A stretch of DNA of 64,000 bases, from positions 1,661 through 65,660 of the forward strand of contig JAILPZ010000046.1 in the NCBI GenBank assembly GCA_024699225.1, given 5' to 3'. This DNA comes from Sphaerochaetaceae bacterium. GTDB lineage: Bacteria; Spirochaetota; Spirochaetia; Sphaerochaetales; Sphaerochaetaceae. Within the stretch, counting starts at the first letter, position 1. Every line of letters begins with the position of its first letter. A model generated the notes under the pieces. It was not told the origin of the DNA. It made no database searches and was given only the letters and a program-made list of their open reading frames with translations. This document shows, piece after piece, positions 1 through 9,399 of the stretch. The translations under genes and the position numbers were made by a program.

Positions 1-532
1 GAACCCCCTTGGTCTCAAGAACCTCCATTGTAAGAGGCAGGTCCAAAATAGCCTTGGCTCCTGCACAGATTACCATAACAGGTGTACGGGAGAGTTCCTC
101 TAGGTCTGCAGAGATATCCATTGTTGTCTCTGCACCCCTGTGTACTCCGCCTATTCCACCTGTGGCAAAAACATCAATTCCTGCCATATGGGCTATAATC
201 ATGGTAGCAGCTACCGTTGTAGCTCCGTCGTCCTTGCGGGCAACTACTACAGGTATGTCGCGCCTGGAAGTCTTGGTTATGTCTGTTCCCTTCTTTCCAA
301 AGTATTCAAGTTCATCTCTGGTAAGACCTGCCTTAAGGTGTCCTCCTATTATGGCTATTGTAGCCGGCACTGCCCCGTTGTCACGGATTGTCTGCTCAAC
401 AGAAAGGGCTGTCTCAACGTTTTTAGGATAAGGCATGCCGTGGCTTATGATTGTGCTTTCAAGAGCCACAACAGGACGACCCTGCTCAAGGGCAAGGCGA
501 ACTTCTTCAGAACAGTCTACTTTGTATTTCAT
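1..532 (-). CDS. psuG: pseudouridine-5'-phosphate glycosidase, N-terminal part (gene runs off the left edge)
   Basis: Not in the ORF track because it is truncated. Manual translation of the minus strand from ATG 532-530 gives [64 protein letters not shown]... The [14 protein letters not shown] and [12 protein letters not shown] blocks are those of YeiN/PsuG. The start overlaps the psuK stop (TGATG). Confidence 0.85.
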   Translation of the reverse strand, partial: MKYKVDCSEEVRLALEQGRPVVALESTIISHGMPYPKNVETALSVEQTIRDNGAVPATIAIIGGHLKAGLTRDELEYFGKKGTDITKTSRRDIPVVVARKDDGATTVAATMIIAHMAGIDVFATGGIGGVHRGAETTMDISADLEELSRTPVMVICAGAKAILDLPLTMEVLETKGV

Positions 533-1470
533 CAGATGATCTCCTCTCTGGCCTCTGCTTTTTCCTTAAAGTTTTCTCCGGTAATCTTCAGGCCGTGGAA
601 GCTCATGATTCTGTTTACAGAGGACAGGCTTTCTGCATTAAGGGCTGCTGCACTCTGACCAAAATAGAGGGAGTCCTTTATGTTGCGCCCGCGCATCATG
701 GCAAAAACAAAACCTGCAAGAAATGCGTCGCCACAGCCGTTTGTATCAACAATTTCGGTATCCGGGAGGTTTGAGAGCCAATAGGTATGAATTCCGTCTG
801 CCTTCTTCTCGTAGCACATGGCACCGCTTTCTCCGAGAGTAATTATTCCTCTCTCACAGCCCTTGTCTGAGAGGAATTTAACTGCATCTATTACGTTTTC
901 AGTGTTTGTCAGTGCAAAGGCTTCTATGCGGTTGAGCTTTATCATATAAAGCTTATCAAGAACTCCGGAGAATTTAAGACACTTGGTGCTGGAAACGCCG
1001 TCCCCTATTACCTTGAAATCCTTTGAACAGAGAAGCTCTATTGTTTCTCTCGGAAGGTTTGAATCCACTATCACTGCATCTGCAAAGAACAGGGCATTTA
1101 TGTTGTCCTCTATCACCTGGGGAGTAATCTTATCAATTATCTCCATATCGTTTATTCCGGCAACAAAGGTCCCGTCTCCGTCTGCAAGATAGGCAAAAAC
1201 ACCGGTCTTGCAGCCTTCAAAAGGCTCGGCAAGAAGTGTTACTCCCTGTTCGTGAGCGTTATCTATTACAACACGGCCAAAGCTGTCATTTCCTATGGCC
1301 GTAAGAAGACTTACATCTGCTCCGAAGAGACTGAGGTCTTCTGCTATGTTTCTTCCCACGCCACCGAGCGTGAAATCTACTTTTCCAATATTGGAATCTC
1401 TGCTGATTATCTTTGCGTTACTCTTGGCGCAAACATCAATGTTGGCTCCGCCCACTACTACCAGGTTCAT
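532..1470 (-). CDS. psuK: PfkB-family carbohydrate kinase, probable pseudouridine kinase
   Basis: 312-aa ORF with ribokinase/PfkB motifs (N-terminal [10 protein letters not shown]-terminal [13 protein letters not shown]). SD GGAGA upstream of the ATG. Overlaps psuG by 1 nt, as in yeiC-yeiN pairs. The substrate call rests on this context. Confidence 0.7.
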   Translation of the reverse strand: MNLVVVGGANIDVCAKSNAKIISRDSNIGKVDFTLGGVGRNIAEDLSLFGADVSLLTAIGNDSFGRVVIDNAHEQGVTLLAEPFEGCKTGVFAYLADGDGTFVAGINDMEIIDKITPQVIEDNINALFFADAVIVDSNLPRETIELLCSKDFKVIGDGVSSTKCLKFSGVLDKLYMIKLNRIEAFALTNTENVIDAVKFLSDKGCERGIITLGESGAMCYEKKADGIHTYWLSNLPDTEIVDTNGCGDAFLAGFVFAMMRGRNIKDSLYFGQSAAALNAESLSSVNRIMSFHGLKITGENFKEKAEAREEII

Positions 1471-1484
1471 ACTTTCTCCAAAAC

Positions 1485-2189
1485 TCAGATTGCTTCGAGT
1501 GCAATCTCCATCATATCTGTAAATGTCTGCTGTCTTTCTTCGGCTGTGCAGAATCTGTTTTCAAAAATCATGTCGCTTACGGTAAGAATTCCAAGAGTCT
1601 GGACCCTGTGTTTTGCACCAAGTGTAAAGAGCTCGGCACATTCCATTTCCACACAGGAAACTCCGTACTGGTTCAGGACCTTGTATCTTTCCTCTGCCTT
1701 GTCGTTGTAAAAAAGATCATCAGAAAGAACTGTACCCACCTTAAACTTCTTTCCAAGTTTCTCAGCAGCCTCAACTGCATCTTTAAGAAGGTAGAAGTCT
1801 GCTACAGGAGGTACTGTAAGGTCTTCTCCGAACCTTGTTCTGAGAACTCCGCTGTCTGTGGCTGCAGCCTGGGCAAAAACCACGTCCCTTAAGTCGAATT
1901 CCTTTGATGAGGAGCCGCAGGTTCCGGTTCTGATAAGGCGCTTTGCTCCGTAGAAGTTAATCAGCTCATAGGCATATATTCCGATCGAAGGCATGCCCAT
2001 TCCGGTGCCCTGAACGCTGACTCTTTTGCCTTTGTAGGTTCCGGTAAAGCCCAGCATGCCGCGGACATTGTTGTAGCACACCGCGTTCTCAAGGAAGGTT
2101 TCAGCTATGAACTTAGCCCTCAGAGGATCTCCGGGTAAAAGAACTCTTTCGGCTATTTCGCCGGCTTTTGCTCCAATATGTGTAGACAT
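1485..2189 (-). CDS. deoD: purine nucleoside phosphorylase, DeoD (hexameric) type
   Basis: 234 aa. [22 protein letters not shown] and VEMECAELF blocks typical of DeoD. SD GGAGGG upstream. Confidence 0.9.
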   Translation of the reverse strand: MSTHIGAKAGEIAERVLLPGDPLRAKFIAETFLENAVCYNNVRGMLGFTGTYKGKRVSVQGTGMGMPSIGIYAYELINFYGAKRLIRTGTCGSSSKEFDLRDVVFAQAAATDSGVLRTRFGEDLTVPPVADFYLLKDAVEAAEKLGKKFKVGTVLSDDLFYNDKAEERYKVLNQYGVSCVEMECAELFTLGAKHRVQTLGILTVSDMIFENRFCTAEERQQTFTDMMEIALEAI

Positions 2190-2209
2190 TAGGCCCTCCT
2201 CTCATGCCT

Positions 2210-3604
2210 TCAGCCCATAAAGCGTCTGACAAGATTTTTCTTTTCTTTATTATAGGGATGATATCGCATTGGCAAATCAATGAAAACCGATTTTCTCACA
2301 ATGCTTCTGTAATGTGTGAACGTATCAAAACTTGCTTTGCCGTGGTATGAGCCCATTCCGCTCTCACCAACACCGCCGAACGGCATGGAAGAAGTAGCAA
2401 GATGGATTATGGTGTCATTTATACAGCCGCCTCCGAAAGAGAGCGTGTTTAACACCTTCTTTTCAAATGTCCTGTCCTCTGTAAACAGATACAGAGCCAG
2501 CGGCTTCTGATTATCCCTTACATACCTTAAAGCCTCATCCATATCCTGTATTGTTACAACAGGCAGGATGGGACCGAAAATCTCTTCCTGCATGACAGGA
2601 TTATCAAAGCTCACATTTGTCAGAACAACCGGAAAAATCTTTTGTTTTTGATTCTCTGCCTCTTCTGCCGTGTGCATGACGGCACCTTTTTCACATGCAC
2701 TTTGTAAGAGCTGTTTGAGCCTTTTGTGCTTCTGGGCGCTGATTATCCTGGGATAGTCTTCATACCCGTCAGGGAAGAACTCCTTCAGAGCCTTCATGTA
2801 GTGTTCTACAAAAGCTGTTTCCAGACCTTTTTTGATTAAAACATAATCCGGCGCCACACATGTCTGACCTGCGTTAAGAACCTTGCCAAAGGCTACTCTT
2901 TTTGCACAGAGCCCCATATCCACAGTCCCGTCAATTATCACAGGACTTTTCCCGCCAAGTTCAAGACTTACAGGGGTAAGGTGCTCAGCCGCCGCCTTCA
3001 ATATTTCCTTTCCGCCCTTCTGGCTTCCGGTAAAGAATATGTAGTCAAACTTGTTTTTAAGAAGCTCTGTTGTCTCCTCCCTGTCTATAAGGAGAGTACA
3101 GACATGCTCGGGCGGGAAAGCACTCTCAATTAACTCTTTTATCAGAGCAGATGTCTTTGGGCTCTGGGAAGACGGCTTGAGAATAACAGTGTTTCCTGCT
3201 GCAATAGCTCCTGCCAGAGGAGAAAGACAGAGCTGAAGAGGATAGTTCCACGGGCTTAAAACCAGAACTGTACCGTAAGGCTCGGGAGATATGAAACTTT
3301 TTGAAGGAAACTGAGCTACCGGTGTTTTAACTCGTCTTGTTCTGCACAGGCTTTTCAGATGCTTTCTAAGATATTTTATCTCCTCAAGCACCATACCGGT
3401 CTCAGTCATGAAGGCTTCCATGGAGGATTTGCCCAAATCCTCATAAAGGGCCATCTCTGTCTTTTCTTCAAAAAGCTTCAGTGCCCCGGCAAGTTTATCC
3501 AGGGCCTTTAAACGAAAAGAAACAGAGCGGGTTGCTCCACTTTGGAAAAACCCGCGCTGTCTCCCTATAATTTCTTTTGAATAATCGTAAAAAGTTTCGT
3601 CCAT
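2210..3604 (-). CDS. NAD(P)-dependent aldehyde dehydrogenase (class-3-like)
   Basis: ELGGKSP and GQTCVAPDY (catalytic Cys) motifs, and EEIFGPILP. The track ORF begins at a TTG (3616); I used the first ATG at 3604 (MDETFYDY...). Confidence 0.85.
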   Translation of the reverse strand: MDETFYDYSKEIIGRQRGFFQSGATRSVSFRLKALDKLAGALKLFEEKTEMALYEDLGKSSMEAFMTETGMVLEEIKYLRKHLKSLCRTRRVKTPVAQFPSKSFISPEPYGTVLVLSPWNYPLQLCLSPLAGAIAAGNTVILKPSSQSPKTSALIKELIESAFPPEHVCTLLIDREETTELLKNKFDYIFFTGSQKGGKEILKAAAEHLTPVSLELGGKSPVIIDGTVDMGLCAKRVAFGKVLNAGQTCVAPDYVLIKKGLETAFVEHYMKALKEFFPDGYEDYPRIISAQKHKRLKQLLQSACEKGAVMHTAEEAENQKQKIFPVVLTNVSFDNPVMQEEIFGPILPVVTIQDMDEALRYVRDNQKPLALYLFTEDRTFEKKVLNTLSFGGGCINDTIIHLATSSMPFGGVGESGMGSYHGKASFDTFTHYRSIVRKSVFIDLPMRYHPYNKEKKNLVRRFMG

Positions 3605-3616
3605 CAGAAACTGCAA

Positions 3617-4429
3617 TTAACCCGGCTGCTTTCCAATATAAGCAAGGATACCGCCGTCAACATACAGAACGTGACCGTTAACAAAGTCTGATGCATGAGA
3701 AGCAAGGAAGAGTGCCGGACCCTGAAGGTCTTCCGGAGTTCCCCATCTCTCTGCCGGTGTCTTTGCAACAATAAACTGGTCAAACGGATGGCGGCTACCG
3801 TCCGGCTGACGCTCTCTGAGAGGAGCTGTCTGCGGTGTGGCAATATATCCGGGTCCAATACCGTTACACTGAATGTTGTACTTACCGTACTCTGAACAGA
3901 TGTTTCTTGTGAGCATCTTAAGTCCGCCCTTAGCTGCTGCATAAGCACTGACTGTTTCTCTTCCGAGCTCACTCATCATTGAACAGATGTTAATGATCTT
4001 ACCTTCATTCTTCTTAATCATTCCGGGAAGAACTGCCTTGGCAACAATAAACGGACCGTTGAGGTCAACATCTATAACCTGGCGGAAATCTGCTGCTGAC
4101 ATCTCGAGCATAGGAATTCTCTTAATGATTCCTGCGTTGTTAACAAGAATATCAACTGATCTTCCGCAGTCTTTTTCAATCTGCTTTACGCATGCGTTAA
4201 CAGCTTCTTCATCTGTAACATCACAGACATATCCGTGAACATCCTTGATTCCTGCTTCTGCATATGCCTTGAAGCCTCTTTCAAGAGCTTCGTCATTTCT
4301 GTCATTAAAAACGATTGATGCACCGGCCTTTGCAAAGGCTGAAGCAATACCAAAACCGATTCCGTAGCTTGCTCCTGTAATCCAGGCGAGTTTGCCCTTG
4401 AGTGAAAATTTATCTTCTAAATAGCTCAT
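3617..4429 (-). CDS. short-chain dehydrogenase/reductase, gluconate 5-dehydrogenase / KduD-like
   Basis: TGASYGIG Rossmann motif, NNAG, and catalytic Y-x3-K (YAAAKGG). SD GGAGGG upstream. Substrate not determinable from sequence alone. Confidence 0.8.
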   Translation of the reverse strand: MSYLEDKFSLKGKLAWITGASYGIGFGIASAFAKAGASIVFNDRNDEALERGFKAYAEAGIKDVHGYVCDVTDEEAVNACVKQIEKDCGRSVDILVNNAGIIKRIPMLEMSAADFRQVIDVDLNGPFIVAKAVLPGMIKKNEGKIINICSMMSELGRETVSAYAAAKGGLKMLTRNICSEYGKYNIQCNGIGPGYIATPQTAPLRERQPDGSRHPFDQFIVAKTPAERWGTPEDLQGPALFLASHASDFVNGHVLYVDGGILAYIGKQPG

Positions 4430-4520
4430 AAGCCCTCCACTATCTATGATAAGGCCCGCCGCCCAAAAATGAAAGTGTTATTCAAACGTTGAATCTTTTG
4501 ATTATTCAGACAATCTGAAA

Positions 4521-5327
4521 TCACTTTTGGCGTGCCCTGAAGCTTTCAACTACCTTTTTCTGCCTTTCATCCATGAAGCAATAGATCTTCTTTTCTATCT
4601 CCTGCGGGATTCCAAAGACGGCCTCAGCTATTGCGCCGCAGATTGCTCCGGTGGTGTCACAGTCCCCGCCTATGCACATGCAGTTTCGTATGGAGTCCTC
4701 AAAATCACTTGCCTCATACAGGCTCTGGAATGCTGCCTGGCAGGTGCCGTCACAGACGCTGTACCACCTGTAGTTCTTTCTAAGGTAAGCCATGTCATAC
4801 GGGATTTTGTAGTAGTGTCCCTCCTCGTATGTTTTAAGCTCCTCCTTATTAAAGCCGTTTCTGGCAAGAAAAATCTGCACGGCTGTAGCCTCAGCTCCCA
4901 TAATTCCGTCCGGATGGTTGTGCGTTACTTCCGTCACCGCGCGGCTCATCTTAATGCAGTCTTCAAGATCCCTGGCAGCCCAGCCAACAGGAGAGACCCT
5001 CATGGCAGAGCCGTTTCCGCATGAGTTGTAAGGACCCATATCCGGATATCTCAGCCACTGTGCAAAATGTCCGCCGTAGCCTGCACGGGGATAGAGGGAG
5101 CCGAACTCCCTCATCCTCTTAACAGCAAATTCTGAGAGCTTTGAATAGTCGTTCTTATCCCGAAATCCGCTGTCTTCCCAGTCCATGATGGCCTGAGCCA
5201 GTGCTATTGTCATGATTGAGTCATCTGTCAAATTACAGGATGGCATGAGAAACTCAAACTTCTTTGTATGAATATTGTGCCACTCAAAACGTGAACCAAC
5301 TGTATCTCCAATTATTGCACCCAGCAT
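4521..5327 (-). CDS. ADP-ribosylglycohydrolase (ARH/DraG) family protein
   Basis: 268 aa with GAIIGDTVGSRFE, NSCGNGSAMRVSPVGW and GGDCDTTGAICGAIAEA blocks characteristic of the ARH fold. SD GGGAGG lies inside the end of the vWA gene. The ATG overlaps the vWA stop (TAATG). Confidence 0.85.
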   Translation of the reverse strand: MLGAIIGDTVGSRFEWHNIHTKKFEFLMPSCNLTDDSIMTIALAQAIMDWEDSGFRDKNDYSKLSEFAVKRMREFGSLYPRAGYGGHFAQWLRYPDMGPYNSCGNGSAMRVSPVGWAARDLEDCIKMSRAVTEVTHNHPDGIMGAEATAVQIFLARNGFNKEELKTYEEGHYYKIPYDMAYLRKNYRWYSVCDGTCQAAFQSLYEASDFEDSIRNCMCIGGDCDTTGAICGAIAEAVFGIPQEIEKKIYCFMDERQKKVVESFRARQK

Positions 5328-5974
5328 TATTTGTTCCTCCCTTCGTAGTCTGTCTTAATATCCTTTGCCCAGTTCTCTTCAACTATTCCGCTTCTTCTGA
5401 AAGAAGCAACTGTTTCATGCACGCAGGTATAGTTTATGTCCACTCCTGCCTTGTCATTATGGTAGTTAACAGCCCTGTCTGCTTTAATTCCATAGGCACC
5501 GGCTGTTTCTACAGCATCAATGTTTGCCCCCAGGAAGAGAAACTCCCAGCCGTATTTCTCCTGCTGCTTTAAAATCATGCTCTTAACGGTTTCTGAAGTA
5601 TACATTCTGGATGCATTCTCAAGTCCGTCTGTTGTTATAACAAACATGGTTTTCTCAGGTCTGTCCTCTTCTCTTGCATACTTGTGTACGTTTCCTATGT
5701 GGTGCACCGAAGAACCCAGGGCATCTATAAGAGCAGTACATCCGCGTGCAATATACTCCTTTTCAGTAAGTGGCGGGACTTCTGAAACCGGGACTCTGTC
5801 AAAAATCACCCTGGATTCAGAATCAAACAGAACAAGAGAAATCAGAGCCTCGCCCTCTTCCTTCTTCTGTTTCTCAATCATGGAGTTGAATCCTCCGATT
5901 GTATCCTGTGTAAGAGCACACATGCTTCCGCTGCTGTCCAGGATAAATACAAGTTCAGTTAAATCTTTTTTCAT
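5327..5974 (-). CDS. small cytoplasmic von Willebrand factor A (vWA) domain protein
   Basis: MIDAS motif DxSxS (FILDSSGSM) plus ITTDGLEN. No signal peptide or TM segment. The track start at 6007 is TTG; the ATG at 5974 is preceded by GGAGG with a 7-nt spacer. Confidence 0.8.
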   Translation of the reverse strand: MKKDLTELVFILDSSGSMCALTQDTIGGFNSMIEKQKKEEGEALISLVLFDSESRVIFDRVPVSEVPPLTEKEYIARGCTALIDALGSSVHHIGNVHKYAREEDRPEKTMFVITTDGLENASRMYTSETVKSMILKQQEKYGWEFLFLGANIDAVETAGAYGIKADRAVNYHNDKAGVDINYTCVHETVASFRRSGIVEENWAKDIKTDYEGRNK

Positions 5975-6035
5975 TTGGTTACCTCCGCTTTTTAAGCTTG
6001 TAATCAAATGATATTGATTTTCATTTTTTCATGGC

Positions 6036-7052
6036 TTAACTGTCAGTTAATGCTCCCGGAAGCATCTGGAGATCCAGGGAATACAAAGCTTCGTCTATCT
6101 TGTAACGGTCATATATTCCCTCGGATATAAACGAAGAAACAACTATATCCTGCAAAGAAGACTGGTTTATGGCATAGCCGGCCTTCATCAGCATCTCCAC
6201 TGTTTCATCCAAAGAAAGCTTCAGTTCTATGGCTATGGCAAACACAGTAAGCTTGGAAGGATTTGACTTGCCTGTAAGAATCTTCCAGAACCCGACACCG
6301 GACATACCTATAGGGTCCTGCACCGCTGAGTGCGGGAGGTTTCTCTCCTTAAGAAGCCTTGAAAGCATGGCCCCGAAATTCTCATCCAGTACTACTCTGT
6401 CAAGATTCTTCTGTGTTGGATTTTTTATGAGGTCATTTATTAAATCATTGTCCAGAAAACGTACTACATTCTCACAACAGATTCCAGGTTCAGATAAAGG
6501 CTCTTCGTCGTATTCGTTCTCACTTCTATAGTAGCGGACAATATTTTCACTTACTGCTTCAAAGATTTCTGAGGGGACAGTCCTGCCCCAGCGGCCGTAG
6601 ACTGCAAGAGTTATCTCCATGTCGGGAAACTCTTCCATCTTTTCCTTTATGGCATCTGTTGCAACGGTAAGGGCCGCCTCTTTGGGAAATCCCTTTCCCT
6701 GGGACGAGATGAGAGGAAAGGCTATGCTCTTGCAGCCTAAGTGGTCTGCAAGTGAGATTGCGTTTCTGTAGCATGAACCGAGAACTATATACTCAAGATC
6801 GCTCTTTCCGGTCCAGTGAGGACCTGAGGTGTGAATTATGTATTTGCAGGGAAGACCAAAGCTCTCAGTTACCCTGACCTCTCCCAGATGAAGAGGAGGA
6901 TAGCATGAAAGCTCTTCTTCAAGATCCTCCCCGCACTTTTCATGTATGGCCCTGTCCACCCCGCCACCGCCTGAATATCTGCTGTCTGTGGGGTTTACAA
7001 TTGAATCTGCCTTTAACTCAGTAATATCTGCATAAATAATTTTAAAACTCAT
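6036..7052 (-). CDS. macro domain (MacroD-like ADP-ribose binding/hydrolase) fused to a C-terminal XRE-type HTH
   Basis: From the ATG at 7052: MSFKIIYADITELKADSIVNPT..GGGGVDRAIH..KYIIHTSGPHW..SIAFPLISS, which are macro motifs. The C-terminus FGAMLSRLLKERNLPHSAVQDPIGMSGVGFWKILTGKSNPSKLTVFAIAIELKLSLDE resembles a Cro/C1 HTH. The 46-codon upstream extension in the track overlaps the preceding gene and was rejected. Confidence 0.8.
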   Translation of the reverse strand: MSFKIIYADITELKADSIVNPTDSRYSGGGGVDRAIHEKCGEDLEEELSCYPPLHLGEVRVTESFGLPCKYIIHTSGPHWTGKSDLEYIVLGSCYRNAISLADHLGCKSIAFPLISSQGKGFPKEAALTVATDAIKEKMEEFPDMEITLAVYGRWGRTVPSEIFEAVSENIVRYYRSENEYDEEPLSEPGICCENVVRFLDNDLINDLIKNPTQKNLDRVVLDENFGAMLSRLLKERNLPHSAVQDPIGMSGVGFWKILTGKSNPSKLTVFAIAIELKLSLDETVEMLMKAGYAINQSSLQDIVVSSFISEGIYDRYKIDEALYSLDLQMLPGALTDS

Positions 7053-7058
7053 GCATAT

Positions 7059-7067
7059 ATTATAGCA
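7059..7067 (-). promoter_or_regulatory. extended -10 promoter (TGcTATAAT) placed 6 nt upstream of the macro-HTH ATG (leaderless geometry)
   Basis: Minus strand reads TTTTTTGTGCTATAATATATGCATG. There is no SD between the -10 and the ATG. Confidence 0.5.
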
Positions 7068-7068
7068 C

Positions 7069-7098
7069 AAAAAAGGGTAGCACCTTCTGGTGCAGCCC
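7069..7098 (-). terminator. rho-independent terminator after the beta-helix protein gene
   Basis: Minus strand reads GGGCTGCACC-AGAA-GGTGCTACCC followed by TTTTTT. The stem is GGG/CCC plus GCACC/GGTGC with a 2-nt internal mismatch. It starts 10 nt after the stop at 7108. Confidence 0.6.
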
Positions 7099-7107
7099 TG
7101 TGGTCTC

Positions 7108-8733
7108 TTAGTATCTGGGTCCGAAGAACACCATAAAGCCTGAAACCTGACCTGTCGGAGCCTGTCCGCCCGGGAAACCTCCCTGAGCACCCATGCCTCC
7201 GCCTACGTTCATTCCAAGTGTTCCGTTGGCTGATGTGTAACTTGTAGTTGTGTAAGTTATCAGTGACTTTGAAGTACTGAAACCTTCAGCTGAAGTTACC
7301 AGGCTGTCCTTCTCATCTGCTGCGGAGAATGTTCCTGTTGCAATTGTATAGGAGCTGTTGCCCTGAATGCTCTCGCTGCCGAATACAATTGTTGTGAATG
7401 TAATTCCGTCAGGAACAACAAAGCCCATTACTACATTTGAATTATTATCAAGAACAGCAATCTCGTCTCCGCTCTTGAATGTTGTCCCAATATAGCCCAG
7501 GCTGTAGGCAGTTGTGTCACTTGAACCGGGGACGTTGTTTCCTGTTCCAATTACTACAAAGGTTCCGCCTGTGTAGGAGAAGTTTGAATCATTGTCACAG
7601 TCTATTCCCTGCTCCATGTTAGTGGAATTGAGAACTATTACGGTTCCTCCGTTAATCTCAAGCTTTCCGTTTGAGTCAATTGTGTCGTTTGCAGTTGCAT
7701 TTGCATACACATAACCTCCGTTGAACTGAACAAGACTTCCGGCATTGATACTGTCATCTGTTGTGTTTATGTACAGAGTTCCTCCGTTGATAATCACAGC
7801 ATCCTTGCCTTCAATTCCTTCAGGTGAAAGTGATTCGTCCTCAGAAACCTCATACGGTGTGCCTGTTGTTGTAATAGTTATGTTTCCGCCGTTGATGTAA
7901 ACAGCTGCATACGGATCGTCTGATGTATCTGTTGTCTCAGCATCTTCCTCGGCTTCCCAGCCGGCTGTAATGGCCTTGCCGACACTTACAATATCAATAG
8001 TACCGCCGTTAATCTCAACATAGCCGCAGTCTCTGTCCTCACCTTCAACTCCGTTGACCTTAATTCCCTTGGACTCCTCGCCGTAAACATTTCCGTTCGC
8101 GCGGATTGTAAGAGTTCCGTCGTTCATTACAAAGAAGACATCTGCACTGATCATGTTGCCCTCAGCTGCCTCGTCTCCGTTGATGGTGACATTTCCGCTG
8201 TTGATGGTAAGTCCGCCGTCTGTCTTGATTCCGTGCTTCTTGTAAACTTCAACAGTAAGGGAACCTGTTCCCTCAATTGTGACATCTCCGGAACCTGTAA
8301 CTACTCCCTTCTTCTCGTTTGAAGAACTGTCACAGATATAGTTCTCGCTGCCATCTGCAAGGGTGAGTGTACAAACTGTCTCACTCTTGAGCTGGATGGC
8401 CGGAAGGTTCTGGCCTCTGATGTCCGCATTGTCGAGTACGATTGTGTAATCAGCATTATCTGATTTGACAATCAGTGTCCCTTCGAGAAGACCGCTTACA
8501 GTAAAGACGGCCTCTTCTGTTCCAGTATATGTAAGTTCATAATTACCGTCTTCGTTGTAAGAAGCGCTGAATGAAGATTCATCTCCGCTCGTCAGAACAA
8601 CTGTGAATTCATCAGTTGCTGCAGCTTCCGTAACACTCTGTGTCACTGCTTCTTCCTTGCTTCCACCAGCCCAAAGAACTGCTGATGAAAGAAAAACCAA
8701 AACAATAAGTACAATTGAAACTATTCTTTTCAT
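7108..8733 (-). CDS. secreted parallel beta-helix protein, Cthe_2159-like carbohydrate-binding domain family
   Basis: Signal peptide MKRIVSIVLIVLVFLSSAVLWA. Repeated turn motifs INGGTIDI, INGGNITI, INGGTLYI and INGGTVIV. Gly-rich C-terminus. SD GGAGGA upstream. Confidence 0.65.
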   Translation of the reverse strand: MKRIVSIVLIVLVFLSSAVLWAGGSKEEAVTQSVTEAAATDEFTVVLTSGDESSFSASYNEDGNYELTYTGTEEAVFTVSGLLEGTLIVKSDNADYTIVLDNADIRGQNLPAIQLKSETVCTLTLADGSENYICDSSSNEKKGVVTGSGDVTIEGTGSLTVEVYKKHGIKTDGGLTINSGNVTINGDEAAEGNMISADVFFVMNDGTLTIRANGNVYGEESKGIKVNGVEGEDRDCGYVEINGGTIDIVSVGKAITAGWEAEEDAETTDTSDDPYAAVYINGGNITITTTGTPYEVSEDESLSPEGIEGKDAVIINGGTLYINTTDDSINAGSLVQFNGGYVYANATANDTIDSNGKLEINGGTVIVLNSTNMEQGIDCDNDSNFSYTGGTFVVIGTGNNVPGSSDTTAYSLGYIGTTFKSGDEIAVLDNNSNVVMGFVVPDGITFTTIVFGSESIQGNSSYTIATGTFSAADEKDSLVTSAEGFSTSKSLITYTTTSYTSANGTLGMNVGGGMGAQGGFPGGQAPTGQVSGFMVFFGPRY

Positions 8734-8881
8734 GTTTATTTCCTCCTCTCTTTTAAGGATGGCTTCATGCTAGACCCTTCATTTCAAAAAGGTAACAATT
8801 CTTTGTAAAACTACAGATTTCTTCACATTTGAAAAAACTCATATGCTAAACTTTCCTTATACCCACCTAAGGAGTTAGATA

Positions 8882-9343
8882 ATGGAAAGAACATTTATTG
8901 CCATCAAACCGGATGGAGTTCAGAGAGGATTAATTGGAAAGATTATAGCCAGAATAGAAGACAAGGGCTTTAAGATTACCGGTCTTAAGATGCTTCAGGT
9001 ATCAGATGCACAGGCTGCAGCTCATTATGCAGAGCATGTAGGAAAAAGCTTCTACGGAGACCTTGTAAAGTTCATTACAAGCGCACCTATAGTTGCCATG
9101 GTTGTTGAAGGAGAAAACGCAGTTGCCTCCATGCGCCAGCTTATGGGAAAAACAAACCCTGCAAATGCTGAGATAGGAACAATCAGAGGAGACTTCTCCC
9201 AGGAGATGAGCTACAACACCATCCATGGTTCAGACAGTGTTGAAAACGCAGAAAGAGAAATTGCAATCTATTTCAAAGAGAATGAAATCTGTGAGAACTG
9301 GAGTACAATGTTTGAGCTTTTAAAGGCAAAACTTGAAAGCTGA
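8882..9343 (+). CDS. ndk: nucleoside diphosphate kinase
   Basis: [11 protein letters not shown] and NTIHGSDS (active-site His) motifs, 153 aa. SD AAGGAG upstream. Confidence 0.95.
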   Translation: MERTFIAIKPDGVQRGLIGKIIARIEDKGFKITGLKMLQVSDAQAAAHYAEHVGKSFYGDLVKFITSAPIVAMVVEGENAVASMRQLMGKTNPANAEIGTIRGDFSQEMSYNTIHGSDSVENAEREIAIYFKENEICENWSTMFELLKAKLES

Positions 9344-9355
9344 TTTGTTGAAAAG

Positions 9356-9399
9356 ACAAAAAAATGCCCTGGGATTGTATCTCAAGGCATTTTTCTTTT
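9356..9399. terminator. bidirectional rho-independent terminator between convergent ndk and the AKR gene
   Basis: 13-nt arms at 9363-9375 and 9379-9391 (AATGCCCTGGGAT / ATCTCAAGGCATT; one mismatch and one G-U). An A-run lies upstream and a T-run downstream. Confidence 0.65.

Noticed and set aside
4480-4494. Palindrome ATTCAA-ACG-TTGAAT upstream of the SDR gene as a LacI/KdgR-type operator
   Set aside because: The arms are only 6 bp in AT-rich DNA, a single copy, and it does not match any operator consensus I can recall confidently. It may equally be a weak hairpin after the ARH gene.
7053-7190. 46-codon N-terminal extension of the macro-domain ORF in the track
   Set aside because: It overlaps the 3' end of the upstream beta-helix gene and runs through that gene's terminator hairpin. 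Macro-domain homology starts at the ATG at 7052, which has its own -10 box.
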